Assembly (NCBI GenBank): GCA_021324295.1
Contig: JAJPJJ010000088.1
Location: 24,902 to 88,901 of the forward strand
Reading direction: 5' to 3'
Length of the DNA: 64,000 nt
From: Bacillota bacterium
GTDB lineage: Bacteria > Sysuimicrobiota > Sysuimicrobiia > Sysuimicrobiales > Segetimicrobiaceae
Shown: positions 37,632 through 47,076 of the stretch, piece after piece
Layout: each line of letters begins with the position of its first letter
How positions within the stretch are numbered: position 1 is the first letter of the stretch
Program-made: the position numbers and the translations under genes
Notes under the pieces: generated by a model
The model's input: only the letters and a program-made list of their open reading frames with translations
The model's database searches: none
What the model was told of the DNA's origin: nothing

Positions 37632-38759
37632 TCACGGCGCGGGGACAGCGACACGGCGGCCCTCCTCCGCCGCGGCCAGCAGCGCGTCGCACACGCGGGC
37701 ACTCGCGAGCCCGTCGGCGAACGTGGCGCCCACCATCTCGCCGCCGGCGCCGGCGGTGCGTCGGACGAACTCCTCCCATTGGTGGACGAAGGTGTGCTCC
37801 CACCCCAGGATGTGGCCCGGGGGCCACCACCGTCCGCCGAAGGGGTGGTCCCGCTCGGTGACCAGCACATCGGCCAGCCCCCGCGCGCGGCCGTCCCCGT
37901 GGTAGACCTGCAGCTCGTTGAGCCGCTCGAGGTTGAACGCCACGGTGCCGCGCTCGCCGTTCAGCTCGAACGAGAGGAAGTTCTTCCGGCCGGGGCACAT
38001 GCCGCTGGCGTCGAGGGTGCCGAGGGCCCCGCCTTCGAACTCGAGCGTGGCCACCACCGCGTCCTCCACCGTGACCGGCCGGTGCCCTCCCGGCGCGGGT
38101 CGCGTCCGGGTATACGTACGGACGGCCGCGGTCACGGCGGTGATCGGGCCGACGAGGAAGTGCGCCAGGTCGATCACGTGCGAGGCGAGATCCCCGACGA
38201 CCCCGCTCCCCGCGAGCCCCCGCTCGTGGCGCCACCCGTGCGGCGCGTCGGGGTCGAGCAGCGAATCGTCACTGTACCGGGCGCGGAAATGGTACACCCG
38301 GCCGAGCGCTCCGTCGAGAACGAGGCGACGGGCGAGGAGCACCGCCGGCACGAAGCGGTAGTTGAACCCCGTCATCGCCGCCTCGCGCGCCTCCTCGGCG
38401 GCGCGCACCATCGGCGCCGCCTCCGCCGCGGTCCGGGCGAGCGGCTTCTCGCAGAGGACCGCTCTGCCGGCGCGCAGCGCCGCGATGCTGGGCTCCGCGT
38501 GGATGTCGTTCGATCCGGCGTTGATCACGACCTCGACCTCGGAGTCGTCGAGGAGAGCCCGCCAGTCCGCGGTCCAGCGCTCCGCCCCCAGCCGCCGGGC
38601 GGCCGCTTCGGCCCGGGCCGCGTCGCGGCCGGCGATCGCGACCAGCCGGCCCACCGCGGGCGCCTCGGGGAAGGCCTCCGCGTGGCGCCGCAGGGCGGTC
38701 GCGTGGGCGCGCGCGATGCCCCCGGAGCCCAGCACGGCGACGCCGACGACCCGCGGCAC
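37632..38759 (-). CDS. Gfo/Idh/MocA family oxidoreductase (second copy).
   Basis: GTG start after AGGAGGA. Contains VAVLGSGGIARAH and CEKPLART. Confidence 0.7.
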   Translation of the reverse strand: MPRVVGVAVLGSGGIARAHATALRRHAEAFPEAPAVGRLVAIAGRDAARAEAAARRLGAERWTADWRALLDDSEVEVVINAGSNDIHAEPSIAALRAGRAVLCEKPLARTAAEAAPMVRAAEEAREAAMTGFNYRFVPAVLLARRLVLDGALGRVYHFRARYSDDSLLDPDAPHGWRHERGLAGSGVVGDLASHVIDLAHFLVGPITAVTAAVRTYTRTRPAPGGHRPVTVEDAVVATLEFEGGALGTLDASGMCPGRKNFLSFELNGERGTVAFNLERLNELQVYHGDGRARGLADVLVTERDHPFGGRWWPPGHILGWEHTFVHQWEEFVRRTAGAGGEMVGATFADGLASARVCDALLAAAEEGRRVAVPAP

Positions 38760-38767
38760 GGATCCTC

Positions 38768-40045
38768 CTACAGGAGCGCGGATGCGACCTTGCGCGTCGC
38801 GCGGACGATGTCGAACTCGTCCCGCTCGCTGAAGAGCGGGTGGAGGTCGATGTGGAGCGCGCGGCGCAGGAGGTCGTCCGTCCGCGGGAACATGCCCTTC
38901 TCGAGGCGTGCGCACCCCCTGTAGTACGGGCACTCCCACGCGCAGTGGCGTTCCGCAAACATCCGGCGCTCGATGATCTGATCGAAGTGGTGGTACACGT
39001 GCTGTCCGCTGTCCCACGCCACCGTGGCGCGGATCCCCTCGGCGGTAAGCGCTGCGCTGAAGGCGCGCGCCAGGTCCGGGGTCGGCAGGAAGAACATCAG
39101 CGTGGCGCCCGTGTCCCCGTCCGGGTCGGGCACGCGGCGGATCGTGACGCCCGGGAGCCCGCGCATCCCGTCGAGGATGGCGGTCTTGTGCGCCCGCATC
39201 CGCTCGATGATCCAGTCCATGCGGCCGAGTTGTACCAGCCCGATCGCGCCGGTGATCTCGCTCATCCGGAAGTTGATCCCGATCATCAGCTGGTTGCCGA
39301 CGGGGATCGTCTCGTCCAGCTCTTCCATGCGCACCGATCCCTGATCATGGTAACGGACGGCGCGCTCCCAGAGCGCCGGGTCGTCCGTGACCACCATGCC
39401 GCCCTCGCCCGTCGTGATGACCTTGTGGTACTGCAGGCTGTAGGCGCCGATGGCGCCGAGGGTCCCCAGGCGCCGCCCGCGGTAGCGCCCGCCGACGGCT
39501 TGGGCCGCGTCCTCGACGACGTGCAGACGGTGCCGTGCCGCCACCTCCAGGATCGGGGCCATATCGGCGCCCGCCCCGCGCATGTGCACCGGGAGGATCG
39601 CCCTCGTGCACGGCGTGATCGCGGCCTCGAGCGTCGCGGGGTCCATCGTGAGGCTGTCGTCGATGTCGACGAAGACGGGCACGGCGCCCAGGTGCACCAC
39701 GGCGTTGACCGTCGCGACCCAGGTGTACGTCGGGACGATCACCTCGTCGCCCGGCCCGACCCCGAGCGCCGCGAGCGCGGTCAGCAGCGCCGCCGTGCCG
39801 GACGTGACGCCGACGGCGTGGCGGGCGCCCATGGCCGCGGCGAACGCGCGCTCGAACTGGCTCACCTTGTGCAGCGGCCTGGGGCCGTAGTGCCGGAACA
39901 AGCTCCGGCTCTCCAGGACCTCCATGACCGCGGCCTTCTCCGCGTCGCCGATCAGCAGGCCGCCGGGATAGCCGGGGAGGAGCGGTTCGCTGCGGACCGG
40001 CGTGCCGCCGTGGATGGCCAGTCGTTCCCCCGTGCCCTGTGTCAT
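38768..40045 (-). CDS. DegT/DnrJ/EryC1/StrS-family PLP-dependent aminotransferase (scyllo-inosose/sugar aminotransferase-like).
   Basis: Start MTQGTGERLAIHGG after GGAGG. The probable PLP-lysine region includes SLQYHKVITTGEGG. The upstream part of ORF 38768..41158 is junk. Confidence 0.8.
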   Translation of the reverse strand: MTQGTGERLAIHGGTPVRSEPLLPGYPGGLLIGDAEKAAVMEVLESRSLFRHYGPRPLHKVSQFERAFAAAMGARHAVGVTSGTAALLTALAALGVGPGDEVIVPTYTWVATVNAVVHLGAVPVFVDIDDSLTMDPATLEAAITPCTRAILPVHMRGAGADMAPILEVAARHRLHVVEDAAQAVGGRYRGRRLGTLGAIGAYSLQYHKVITTGEGGMVVTDDPALWERAVRYHDQGSVRMEELDETIPVGNQLMIGINFRMSEITGAIGLVQLGRMDWIIERMRAHKTAILDGMRGLPGVTIRRVPDPDGDTGATLMFFLPTPDLARAFSAALTAEGIRATVAWDSGQHVYHHFDQIIERRMFAERHCAWECPYYRGCARLEKGMFPRTDDLLRRALHIDLHPLFSERDEFDIVRATRKVASALL

Positions 40046-41073
40046 CGCCGACCTCCGGTCGTGCCTCGTACGACGAGCTCGTTCGGCAGGACCACGATGG
40101 TGGGATTCACATCGGTCCCACGGATGAGGTCGAGGAGCATCCGGGCGGCCCGCCGGCCCATCTCCTCCTTGGCGATCCGGACGGTGGTCAGCGGAGGGTT
40201 GGTCACCGACGCCAAGTCGATGTCGTCCATCCCGACGACGGAGAGGTCTGCGGGGATCGCCAGCCCGCGCTCCCGGGCCGCCGTGATCACGCCGAGCGCG
40301 AGCAGGTCGGTGACGGCGAAGATAGCGGTCGGTGGATCGGCGAGCGACAGCAGCACGCCCGCCGCCTCGCGCGCGCGCTCCGCGTCGATCGGGATGAGCC
40401 TCTCGAGCCCCGGGTCCGGGCCGAGCCCCGCCTCCGCCAGCGCGCGCCGGTACCCGTCGTGCGTCTCCCGCCCGAACGGGTAGTCCACGGCCGCACCCAC
40501 GAAGCCGATACGGGTGTGCCCCAGCTCGGCGAGGTAGCGGGTCGCGCTGTAGGCGCCCCCCGCGTTGTCGTTGACGACCGCGGGCACCGGCCGGCCCGAG
40601 AGGTGGTTGTCCAGGAGCACGACCGGCGTCCCGGCCGCGATCGTGTCCTCCACCCACCGGGTGTCGACGACGCCGGCGACGAGCACGCCATCGATCTCGC
40701 GGGCGCTCGCCATCTCGACGAACTGTGGCAGCTGCGACGCCGAGCGGAGCGGCGGCGTGATCAGCATCCGGTAGCCCGCCTCCTCGAAGACGCCGCCGAC
40801 CCCGGTCAGGACCGCGCGGTAGAAGAGGTCCGAGAAGATGCCGGTCATGTTGGTGCCCGGCACGATGGCGACCGAGTCCGAGCGCCCCAGGATGAGGCGC
40901 CGGGCGGCGGCGTGCGGCGTGTAGCGCAGCCGCCGCGCCGCTTCCATCACGCGCCTGCGCGTCTCGTCGCTGACCCTCGCCCGGCCGTTCAGCGCCTGGG
41001 AGGCCGTCGGCACCGACACGCCGGCGAGGCGCGCCACGTCTCGGAGGCTCGTCGTCTTCGATCTCATGGGCAC
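40042..41073 (-). CDS. LacI family transcriptional regulator.
   Basis: N-terminal HTH TSLRDVARLAGVSVPTASQALNG. Periplasmic-binding-like core. Its stop abuts the aminotransferase start, so it is the first gene of the operon. Confidence 0.85.
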   Translation of the reverse strand: MPMRSKTTSLRDVARLAGVSVPTASQALNGRARVSDETRRRVMEAARRLRYTPHAAARRLILGRSDSVAIVPGTNMTGIFSDLFYRAVLTGVGGVFEEAGYRMLITPPLRSASQLPQFVEMASAREIDGVLVAGVVDTRWVEDTIAAGTPVVLLDNHLSGRPVPAVVNDNAGGAYSATRYLAELGHTRIGFVGAAVDYPFGRETHDGYRRALAEAGLGPDPGLERLIPIDAERAREAAGVLLSLADPPTAIFAVTDLLALGVITAARERGLAIPADLSVVGMDDIDLASVTNPPLTTVRIAKEEMGRRAARMLLDLIRGTDVNPTIVVLPNELVVRGTTGGRR

Positions 41074-41115
41074 CGGTGTGCTGTGTCGCCTCCATTGTGA
41101 CGCGGGACGGCGGGG

Positions 41116-41134
41116 TTGTCAAATCGATTTGACA
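41116..41134. promoter_or_regulatory. Palindromic operator TTGTCAAA-TCGA-TTTGACA (cre/LacI-type with central CG), in the divergent promoter between lacI and the FAD-oxidoreductase gene.
   Basis: Perfect 18-bp palindrome TGTCAAATCGATTTGACA. The same half-sites recur at 44321 and 61789. Confidence 0.6.
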
Positions 41135-41346
41135 CCCAGCGCCGTCCGCTGATAGCATGGGCGTGTGCGCTGCCGCCGCCGCGTGCGCTCCGCGACCGGG
41201 GCGCCGCGTGGGCGCCCGTCCGGCCCGATGCGCCTGCCTCCCCGTGCCCGGCGCGGCCCCATGCGATCCCCATCCGACGGAGCCGGGGATGCCGCGGTGG
41301 CGCGCGGCTCGTGCGCTGCCATCCCAGGACGCGGAGGTGCCTCACA

Positions 41347-42786
41347 GTGGCGGGCGTGATCGAGGCGGGGCGCGTGGCTGAACCTGCGCGCGAGGTACCC
41401 GTGGCGCATGTCACGGACGTGCTCGTGGTGGGAGGTGGCATCGCGGGCGTGATGGCCGCGATCGCCTCGGGCCGCAGCGGGGCGCCGACGCTGCTGGTCG
41501 AGCGCTTCGGATCCCTCGGCGGCACGGGAACCTCCGCCATGATGAACCTCTTCTACGTCCCCTACGCGGCGTCCCGGGGGCTCGTCCGGGAGCTGCTCGA
41601 TCGCCTCATCGCCCGGGGCGGGGCGATTCCGGGCGAGTTTGTGGTCTACGATCCCGAGCTGTACAAGATCACGGCGCTCGAGATGCTGGCCGAGGCGCAG
41701 GTGAAGATCCTGCTCCACACGCTGGTCAGCGACGTCGTCATGGAGGGCAAGATCCTCCGCGGCATCGTGGTCGAGAACAAGTCCGGCCGCCAGGCGATCC
41801 TGAGCCGCGTGACGGTCGACGCCACCGGCGACGCCGACGTGGCCGCGCGTGCCGGTGCCCCGTACGTCAAGGGCCGGGAGGAGGACGGCAAGATGCGCCC
41901 CATGACGTTGATCTTTCGCATGGGGGGCGTCGATGTGCGCCGGCTGGTCGAGCACGTGCGGACGCACCTCGACGACTTCTCGCCCGATCCGCTCCAGTGC
42001 ATGCTGGACCTCGAGCATCATATGGTCCGCATCTTCGGCTTCTTCAAGCTGGTGGAGGAGGCCAAGGCCCGGGGCGAGTTGTGGCCGGACTGCTACTACT
42101 TCCGCGTCGAGTCCGTGATGCCGGAGCGTGGTGTGCTCACCGTGAACGCGACACGCGTCTATGGCGTCGATGGGACGAGCGCGGAGGATCTGTCCCGCGC
42201 CGAGATCGAGACGCGGCACCAGATGATCCAGCTCGCCGCGTTCGCCCGCAAGTACATTCCGGGGTTCGAGCGCTCGTTCATTCTCGACTCCGCGAGCACG
42301 ATCGGCGTCCGAGAGACACGCCGGGTCCGCGGCGAATATGTGATGACCGAGGACGATATCCTGGCTGGGCGCCACTACGACGACGTGGTGGGAGTCGACG
42401 CCAACCAGCAGAACCCCCGCCAGCAGGGCGGTCACCCGCCGGACGGCAAGGAAGGTGGACCGCAGGACGCCGAGGCGCGGCGGCTCGTTGCCCGCATGTT
42501 CGTCTACGAGATCCCGTACCGCTGCCTGGTCCCCGCGGAGGTCGACGGCCTCCTCGTGGCCGGTCGCTGCCTGTCCGTGGATCACCACGCCGACGTCTAC
42601 ACCCGCAACCAGGGCACGGCGATGGCCTCCGGGGTCGCGGCCGGGGTGGCGGCGGCACTGGCAGCGAGGGCCGGGGTCCCACCGCGGCAGGTCGATGTGC
42701 GGGCCGTCCAGGCCAGGCTCCGGGACCTCGGGGCCGATCTCGATCTGCTGCGCCGCCTCGGGCCGTCGCCGGAGCGCCTGGCATGA
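41347..42786 (+). CDS. FAD-dependent oxidoreductase (FAD_oxidored, PF12831-like). The start is uncertain between 41347 and 41401.
   Basis: N-terminal dinucleotide fold DVLVVGGGIAGVMAAIA...LVER. Contains DATGDADVA and GVRETRRVRGEY. Confidence 0.7.
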   Translation: MAGVIEAGRVAEPAREVPVAHVTDVLVVGGGIAGVMAAIASGRSGAPTLLVERFGSLGGTGTSAMMNLFYVPYAASRGLVRELLDRLIARGGAIPGEFVVYDPELYKITALEMLAEAQVKILLHTLVSDVVMEGKILRGIVVENKSGRQAILSRVTVDATGDADVAARAGAPYVKGREEDGKMRPMTLIFRMGGVDVRRLVEHVRTHLDDFSPDPLQCMLDLEHHMVRIFGFFKLVEEAKARGELWPDCYYFRVESVMPERGVLTVNATRVYGVDGTSAEDLSRAEIETRHQMIQLAAFARKYIPGFERSFILDSASTIGVRETRRVRGEYVMTEDDILAGRHYDDVVGVDANQQNPRQQGGHPPDGKEGGPQDAEARRLVARMFVYEIPYRCLVPAEVDGLLVAGRCLSVDHHADVYTRNQGTAMASGVAAGVAAALAARAGVPPRQVDVRAVQARLRDLGADLDLLRRLGPSPERLA

Positions 42787-42849
42787 GTCAAACCGGCGCG
42801 GACGGCGCCCGACCTCGTGAGCGGCCGACGCGACCGTCGGGAGGCCGGC

Positions 42850-44256
42850 ATGCGCACCCGCGCTGAGGCCGACGTGGTCGTCTGCGGGGGCGGCACGGCG
42901 GGGGCGGTCGCGGCGATCGCCTCGGCGCGCACGGGAGCCCGCACGCTCCTGGTCGATCAGTATGGCCGGGTCGGCGGGATGGCGTCCGCCGGGATGTCCT
43001 TCCTGGGCGTGAGCGACGCGGGCGGCCGACGGGCGCTTGGGGGGATCGGCGCGGAGCTGTTCGAGCGGCTCGAGGCGATCGGGGCAGCGTTCGCGGATCG
43101 CCCCGACCGGCAGGTCGGCTCGGTGACGGTGGCCGACCCGCTCGCCCTGCAGCACGTGCTGCTCACGATGCTGGTGGAGGCCGGGGTCCAGTTCCTGCTG
43201 CACGCATTCTGCGCCGACGTGCTGATGGAGGGGCGACGAGTGCGCGGGATCGTCGTTGCCGACAAGGCGGGCATCGAGCTCGTGCGCGCCCGGGCGATCG
43301 TGGACGCCACAGGGGACGGCGACATCGCGGCGCGGGCTGGCGCGCGATTCGTGCTCGGCCGCGACCGCGACGGCGTCATGCAACCGGCCACCCGCATCTT
43401 CCGTATGGCCGGCGTCGACGTCGAGGCGATGTTCGCCTACCTGCGCGAGCACCCGGAGGAGATGGACGTGCCGGAGCGCTGGGACGGGTCCGGCTACACC
43501 GCCGAGGACCTGCGACATACGTCCGTCGTGATGGACGCGTTCCCGGGGCTCGTGGCGCAGGCCCGCGCCACCGGCGAGCTGACGGTGCCCCGCGATCGGA
43601 TCGGCATCGAGACCGGCCCGGTGCCCGGGGTCGTGACGATCAATGCCACGCGGGTTCATGGGGTCGACGGAACCGATCCGGAGGCGGTGAGCCGCGCCGA
43701 GATCGAGACGCAGCGACAGATGTTCGAAGTGTCCCAGTTCCTGCGCCGCCGCGTCCCGGGGTTCGAGCGCGCGTGGCTGCTCGATGCCGCCTATCAGATC
43801 GGCATCCGGGAGACGCGCCACATCCTCGGGGAGTATGTGCTGACGCTCGACGACGTGCTCGCCGGCCGCGACTTTCCGGACACGGTCGCCCGTGGGGCCT
43901 ACCCGGTGGATCTGCACGACGTCCACGCCGGGGCAGAGGTGCTGGGGCGCGCGGTGGGGGGCGGCGGGGTCACACTCCGGCGGATCGAGCGAGCGTATGG
44001 GATCCCGTTCCGGTGTCTTGTGCCCGCGGACGTCGACGGGGTCGCCGTCGCGGGCCGCGCCATCTCCGCCACCCACGAGGCCGCAGGCTCGGTGCGCGGT
44101 CAGGCGGTGTGCATGGCGACCGGACACGCCGCCGGCACGATCGCCGCGTTGAGCGCCAAGCGGGACATCGTCCCCCGCTCGCTCAGCGTGGCCTCGATCC
44201 AGCAGGTGCTCGCCGCGCAGAGGGCGATCCTCTTCGCGGGATCGGTCCCGCCGTAG
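42850..44256 (+). CDS. FAD-dependent oxidoreductase, paralog 2.
   Basis: Contains DVVVCGGGTAGAVAAIA, DATGDGDIA and GIRETRHILGEY. Confidence 0.7.
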   Translation: MRTRAEADVVVCGGGTAGAVAAIASARTGARTLLVDQYGRVGGMASAGMSFLGVSDAGGRRALGGIGAELFERLEAIGAAFADRPDRQVGSVTVADPLALQHVLLTMLVEAGVQFLLHAFCADVLMEGRRVRGIVVADKAGIELVRARAIVDATGDGDIAARAGARFVLGRDRDGVMQPATRIFRMAGVDVEAMFAYLREHPEEMDVPERWDGSGYTAEDLRHTSVVMDAFPGLVAQARATGELTVPRDRIGIETGPVPGVVTINATRVHGVDGTDPEAVSRAEIETQRQMFEVSQFLRRRVPGFERAWLLDAAYQIGIRETRHILGEYVLTLDDVLAGRDFPDTVARGAYPVDLHDVHAGAEVLGRAVGGGGVTLRRIERAYGIPFRCLVPADVDGVAVAGRAISATHEAAGSVRGQAVCMATGHAAGTIAALSAKRDIVPRSLSVASIQQVLAAQRAILFAGSVPP

Positions 44257-44320
44257 GGCGGCGCGCGGGTCGTGGGGCGCCGTGCTCGCCGGTGGCCTTT
44301 CGACGCCCGGCGCCTGAACC

Positions 44321-44344
44321 GGTTGTCAAAACGGTTTGACAACC
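44321..44344. promoter_or_regulatory. Operator copy 2, GGTTGTCAAA-ACGG-TTTGACAACC, upstream of the SBP gene at 44705.
   Basis: Same inverted half-sites TTGTCAAA/TTTGACAA with a 4-bp spacer. Confidence 0.55.
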
Positions 44345-44704
44345 GAGGCCTGCCGTACTATAATGCACCTACCCCACGGGAGCGCGTTATCGCTCTCTGA
44401 GCCGGGACGGCGGAGCCAGCCCGTTGGCACCTCCGGGACGCGACAACCCATGGCGATGTGCGCAGGCCGGAGGGGCACGGCCCGCCCCGGCGCGGCATCG
44501 TGCCCGCCTGTCTCTCGTTCGCCGCATCCGCCACGCCCGGCGATCGCCCCCTTCCGTCCGGTCCCTGCGTTGAGCACACCGGACCCGCGGACATGAGACA
44601 GCACGGCGGCGGGACTCGCGACCCGACCCCCAGCCGCCGCCTGCGCATTGGCCCTGATCGTGTGACGCCCCGAGACAGCAGCACCGGAGACAAGGAGGGA
44701 TAGC

Positions 44705-46105
44705 ATGTTGCAGCCTCGCAGCGACAGGCACCGGGCGGCGGCCGGCGTCGTGACGGCGCTCCTGCTCCTGCTCGTTGGACTGAGCCCGCTCAGCCAGTCC
44801 TCGCACGCCCAAGGCATGACGACGCTCACGTTTCTCGGGCCAGACTTCGACGAGTGGGTCGCGTTTGTGAAGGTGGCCAACCAGATCGGCAAGCCCATGG
44901 GGATCCAGGTCAAACCCGACTACCTGCCGTGGGACGATGTGTTCCAGAAGGCCCTGATCGATTCCAAGTCCGGGGTCCGGACCTGGGACTACGTGTACGT
45001 GTACAATACATGGGTGCCCGGGCTGTCCGCGGCCAAAGCCATCCTGCCGATCAACGACTTCATGACGAGCCCCGCGGCCACAAGCGCGGTCCAGCCCAAC
45101 GACTTCATCACCCTGACGACCGCGGGGCTGGAGCTCAACGGCAAGCTGTGGGCGATGCCGATGCTGGCGGCGCCGTACATGATGGCGTACCGTACGGACC
45201 TGTTCGCCAACCCGATCGAGAAGAAGGCGTTCCAGGCCAAGTACGGCTACCCGCTCGCCCTCCCCCAGACGTACAAGCAGCTCATGGACGTCGCCCAGTT
45301 CTTCACCCGCAAGGCCGGGGAGAAGTTGATGGGCAAGACGCTCGACCAGGACTTCTACGGGGTCGTCCTGGCGAACAAGAGCGGCGGGTTCCTGTTCCAC
45401 CGGTACGAGCACATCCTGGTGGCGTACGGCGCGAACCTGATCTACGATCCCAAGACGATGCAACCCACGGTGAACTCGCCGCAGGGCATCGCCGCCGCCA
45501 AGTACTACGTCGCGCTCCACAAGTACATGGAGCCCGGCAGCGAGTCGCTCACCGGCGGCGGCGCGGAGCGCATCATGGCTTCCGGCCGGGGCGCCATCGC
45601 CATGGACGCCCTCGACAACATGCTGTCGGTGCTGCCGGTGGCGAAGCTTTCCAAAGTCGTCGGCAAGATCAACTACGCCCTGCTGCCCACGCAGCTCGCG
45701 AGCCGTCCCCACGCCAACGTGGGCGACGCGAACGGCCTGGCGATCTACGCGCTCACCCAGCACCGGGACGCGGCCTTCAAGCTGGCGACTGCGGTCCTGA
45801 ACACGCAGGGCACGAAGCAGGTGATGAAGGAGTACCCGGCGCTCGTGCCCATGCGCGCGTCCGTGATCCACGATCCGGAAGTGCGGACCAACTACGCGCC
45901 CGTGTTCAACGCGATGAGCACGTTCCTCAACGGCAAGCCGTACACGGTCTTCATCCCGCCGCTCAAGGAGTGGGTGCAGGCCCAGGACATCTACGAGCAG
46001 GCGATGTCGGCCGCGATGTCGGGCCAGCAGTCCGTGGAGGACGCGCTCAACGGAGCGCAGGCCAAGGTGGTCGCTCTCTTCAAGCGGCAGGGCTACATCA
46101 AGTAA
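44705..46105 (+). CDS. ABC transporter extracellular solute-binding protein (family 1).
   Basis: Signal peptide followed by the SBP_bac_1 architecture. It heads a three-gene importer operon. Confidence 0.8.
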   Translation: MLQPRSDRHRAAAGVVTALLLLLVGLSPLSQSSHAQGMTTLTFLGPDFDEWVAFVKVANQIGKPMGIQVKPDYLPWDDVFQKALIDSKSGVRTWDYVYVYNTWVPGLSAAKAILPINDFMTSPAATSAVQPNDFITLTTAGLELNGKLWAMPMLAAPYMMAYRTDLFANPIEKKAFQAKYGYPLALPQTYKQLMDVAQFFTRKAGEKLMGKTLDQDFYGVVLANKSGGFLFHRYEHILVAYGANLIYDPKTMQPTVNSPQGIAAAKYYVALHKYMEPGSESLTGGGAERIMASGRGAIAMDALDNMLSVLPVAKLSKVVGKINYALLPTQLASRPHANVGDANGLAIYALTQHRDAAFKLATAVLNTQGTKQVMKEYPALVPMRASVIHDPEVRTNYAPVFNAMSTFLNGKPYTVFIPPLKEWVQAQDIYEQAMSAAMSGQQSVEDALNGAQAKVVALFKRQGYIK

Positions 46106-46176
46106 TGTCGTAGTGCGGCGCGGGAGCCGCCGCCCGCGGGCGGCGGCTCCCCGACGAGGCTCTTCCGGAGCGCGCG

Positions 46177-47076
46177 ATGGGAATGAAATGGGCGGCCCTC
46201 GGCAGCGGCCGCTTCTACTTCTGGATCATGGCGATGCCCGCGGTCCTCTACGTGGCCGCGTGGCGGCTGGCGCCGGCGGTCTACACGCTGTGGCTGGGCC
46301 TGCATCAGTACAACATCGTGTACGACGCCGCGCCGCGCTGGAACCATCTCGCCAACTTCCTCCAGATCCTGCGCGACGGGGCGCTCCGCCAGTCGCTCGG
46401 GCTGTCCGCGCAGTTTGCCGTCATTGCCATGACAGCCGAGGTTCTGATCGGGCTCGCCGCGGCGCTGTTTCTCGACACCGACCCGCCGGGACGGAATCTG
46501 CTGCTCGGCGTGTTCCTGATGCCGATGATCATGGCGCCCGTCGTCGTCGGCACGGCCTGGGGGACGCTCTTCGACCGGACCGTCGGCTACATCCCGTACG
46601 TGCTGCGCCTGCTGCACGGGCCGCAGCTGCAGTGGATGGCGACGCCCGGCACGGCGATGTTCGCGCTACTGGTTGCGGATGCGTGGGAGTGGGCCCCGCT
46701 CGTGACGCTGCTGTTGTTCGCCTCGCTGCAGGCCATCCCGCGCGAGCATTTCGAGGCGGCGCGCGTGGACGGCGCGTCGGGCTGGCAGCTGTTCCGGCGG
46801 ATCATCCTGCCGCAGATCACCGGGATGGTGCTCGTGGCCGCCGGCCTCCGGCTGATGGACGCGTTCCTCGAGCTGGACAAGGTCTTCGTGATGACCGGCG
46901 GAGGGCCGGGCTCGTCGACCCAGTTCGTGAGCATGTTCATCTACAAGCAGGCGTTCCAGTTCTACGAGCTCGGGTACGCGTCGGCGGTGATCACGGTGCT
47001 GCTGGCGGTCCTGGCCGTCGCGTACTGGTTCTACCTGCGCAGCTACTACCGCACCCTCGAGGCGGCCAACCTGTAA
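46177..47076 (+). CDS. Carbohydrate ABC transporter permease (MalF-type).
   Basis: Six TM helices. Contains EAARVDGASGWQLFRRIILP. Confidence 0.8.
   Translation: MGMKWAALGSGRFYFWIMAMPAVLYVAAWRLAPAVYTLWLGLHQYNIVYDAAPRWNHLANFLQILRDGALRQSLGLSAQFAVIAMTAEVLIGLAAALFLDTDPPGRNLLLGVFLMPMIMAPVVVGTAWGTLFDRTVGYIPYVLRLLHGPQLQWMATPGTAMFALLVADAWEWAPLVTLLLFASLQAIPREHFEAARVDGASGWQLFRRIILPQITGMVLVAAGLRLMDAFLELDKVFVMTGGGPGSSTQFVSMFIYKQAFQFYELGYASAVITVLLAVLAVAYWFYLRSYYRTLEAANL

Noticed and set aside
41119-44127. 1002-aa minus ORF, and similar long artefact ORFs at 47046..49553, 48854..51481, 26275..27750 and 27605..28963.
   Set aside because: They are antisense to recognisable plus-strand enzyme and transporter genes. 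They are R/G/D-rich with no motifs.
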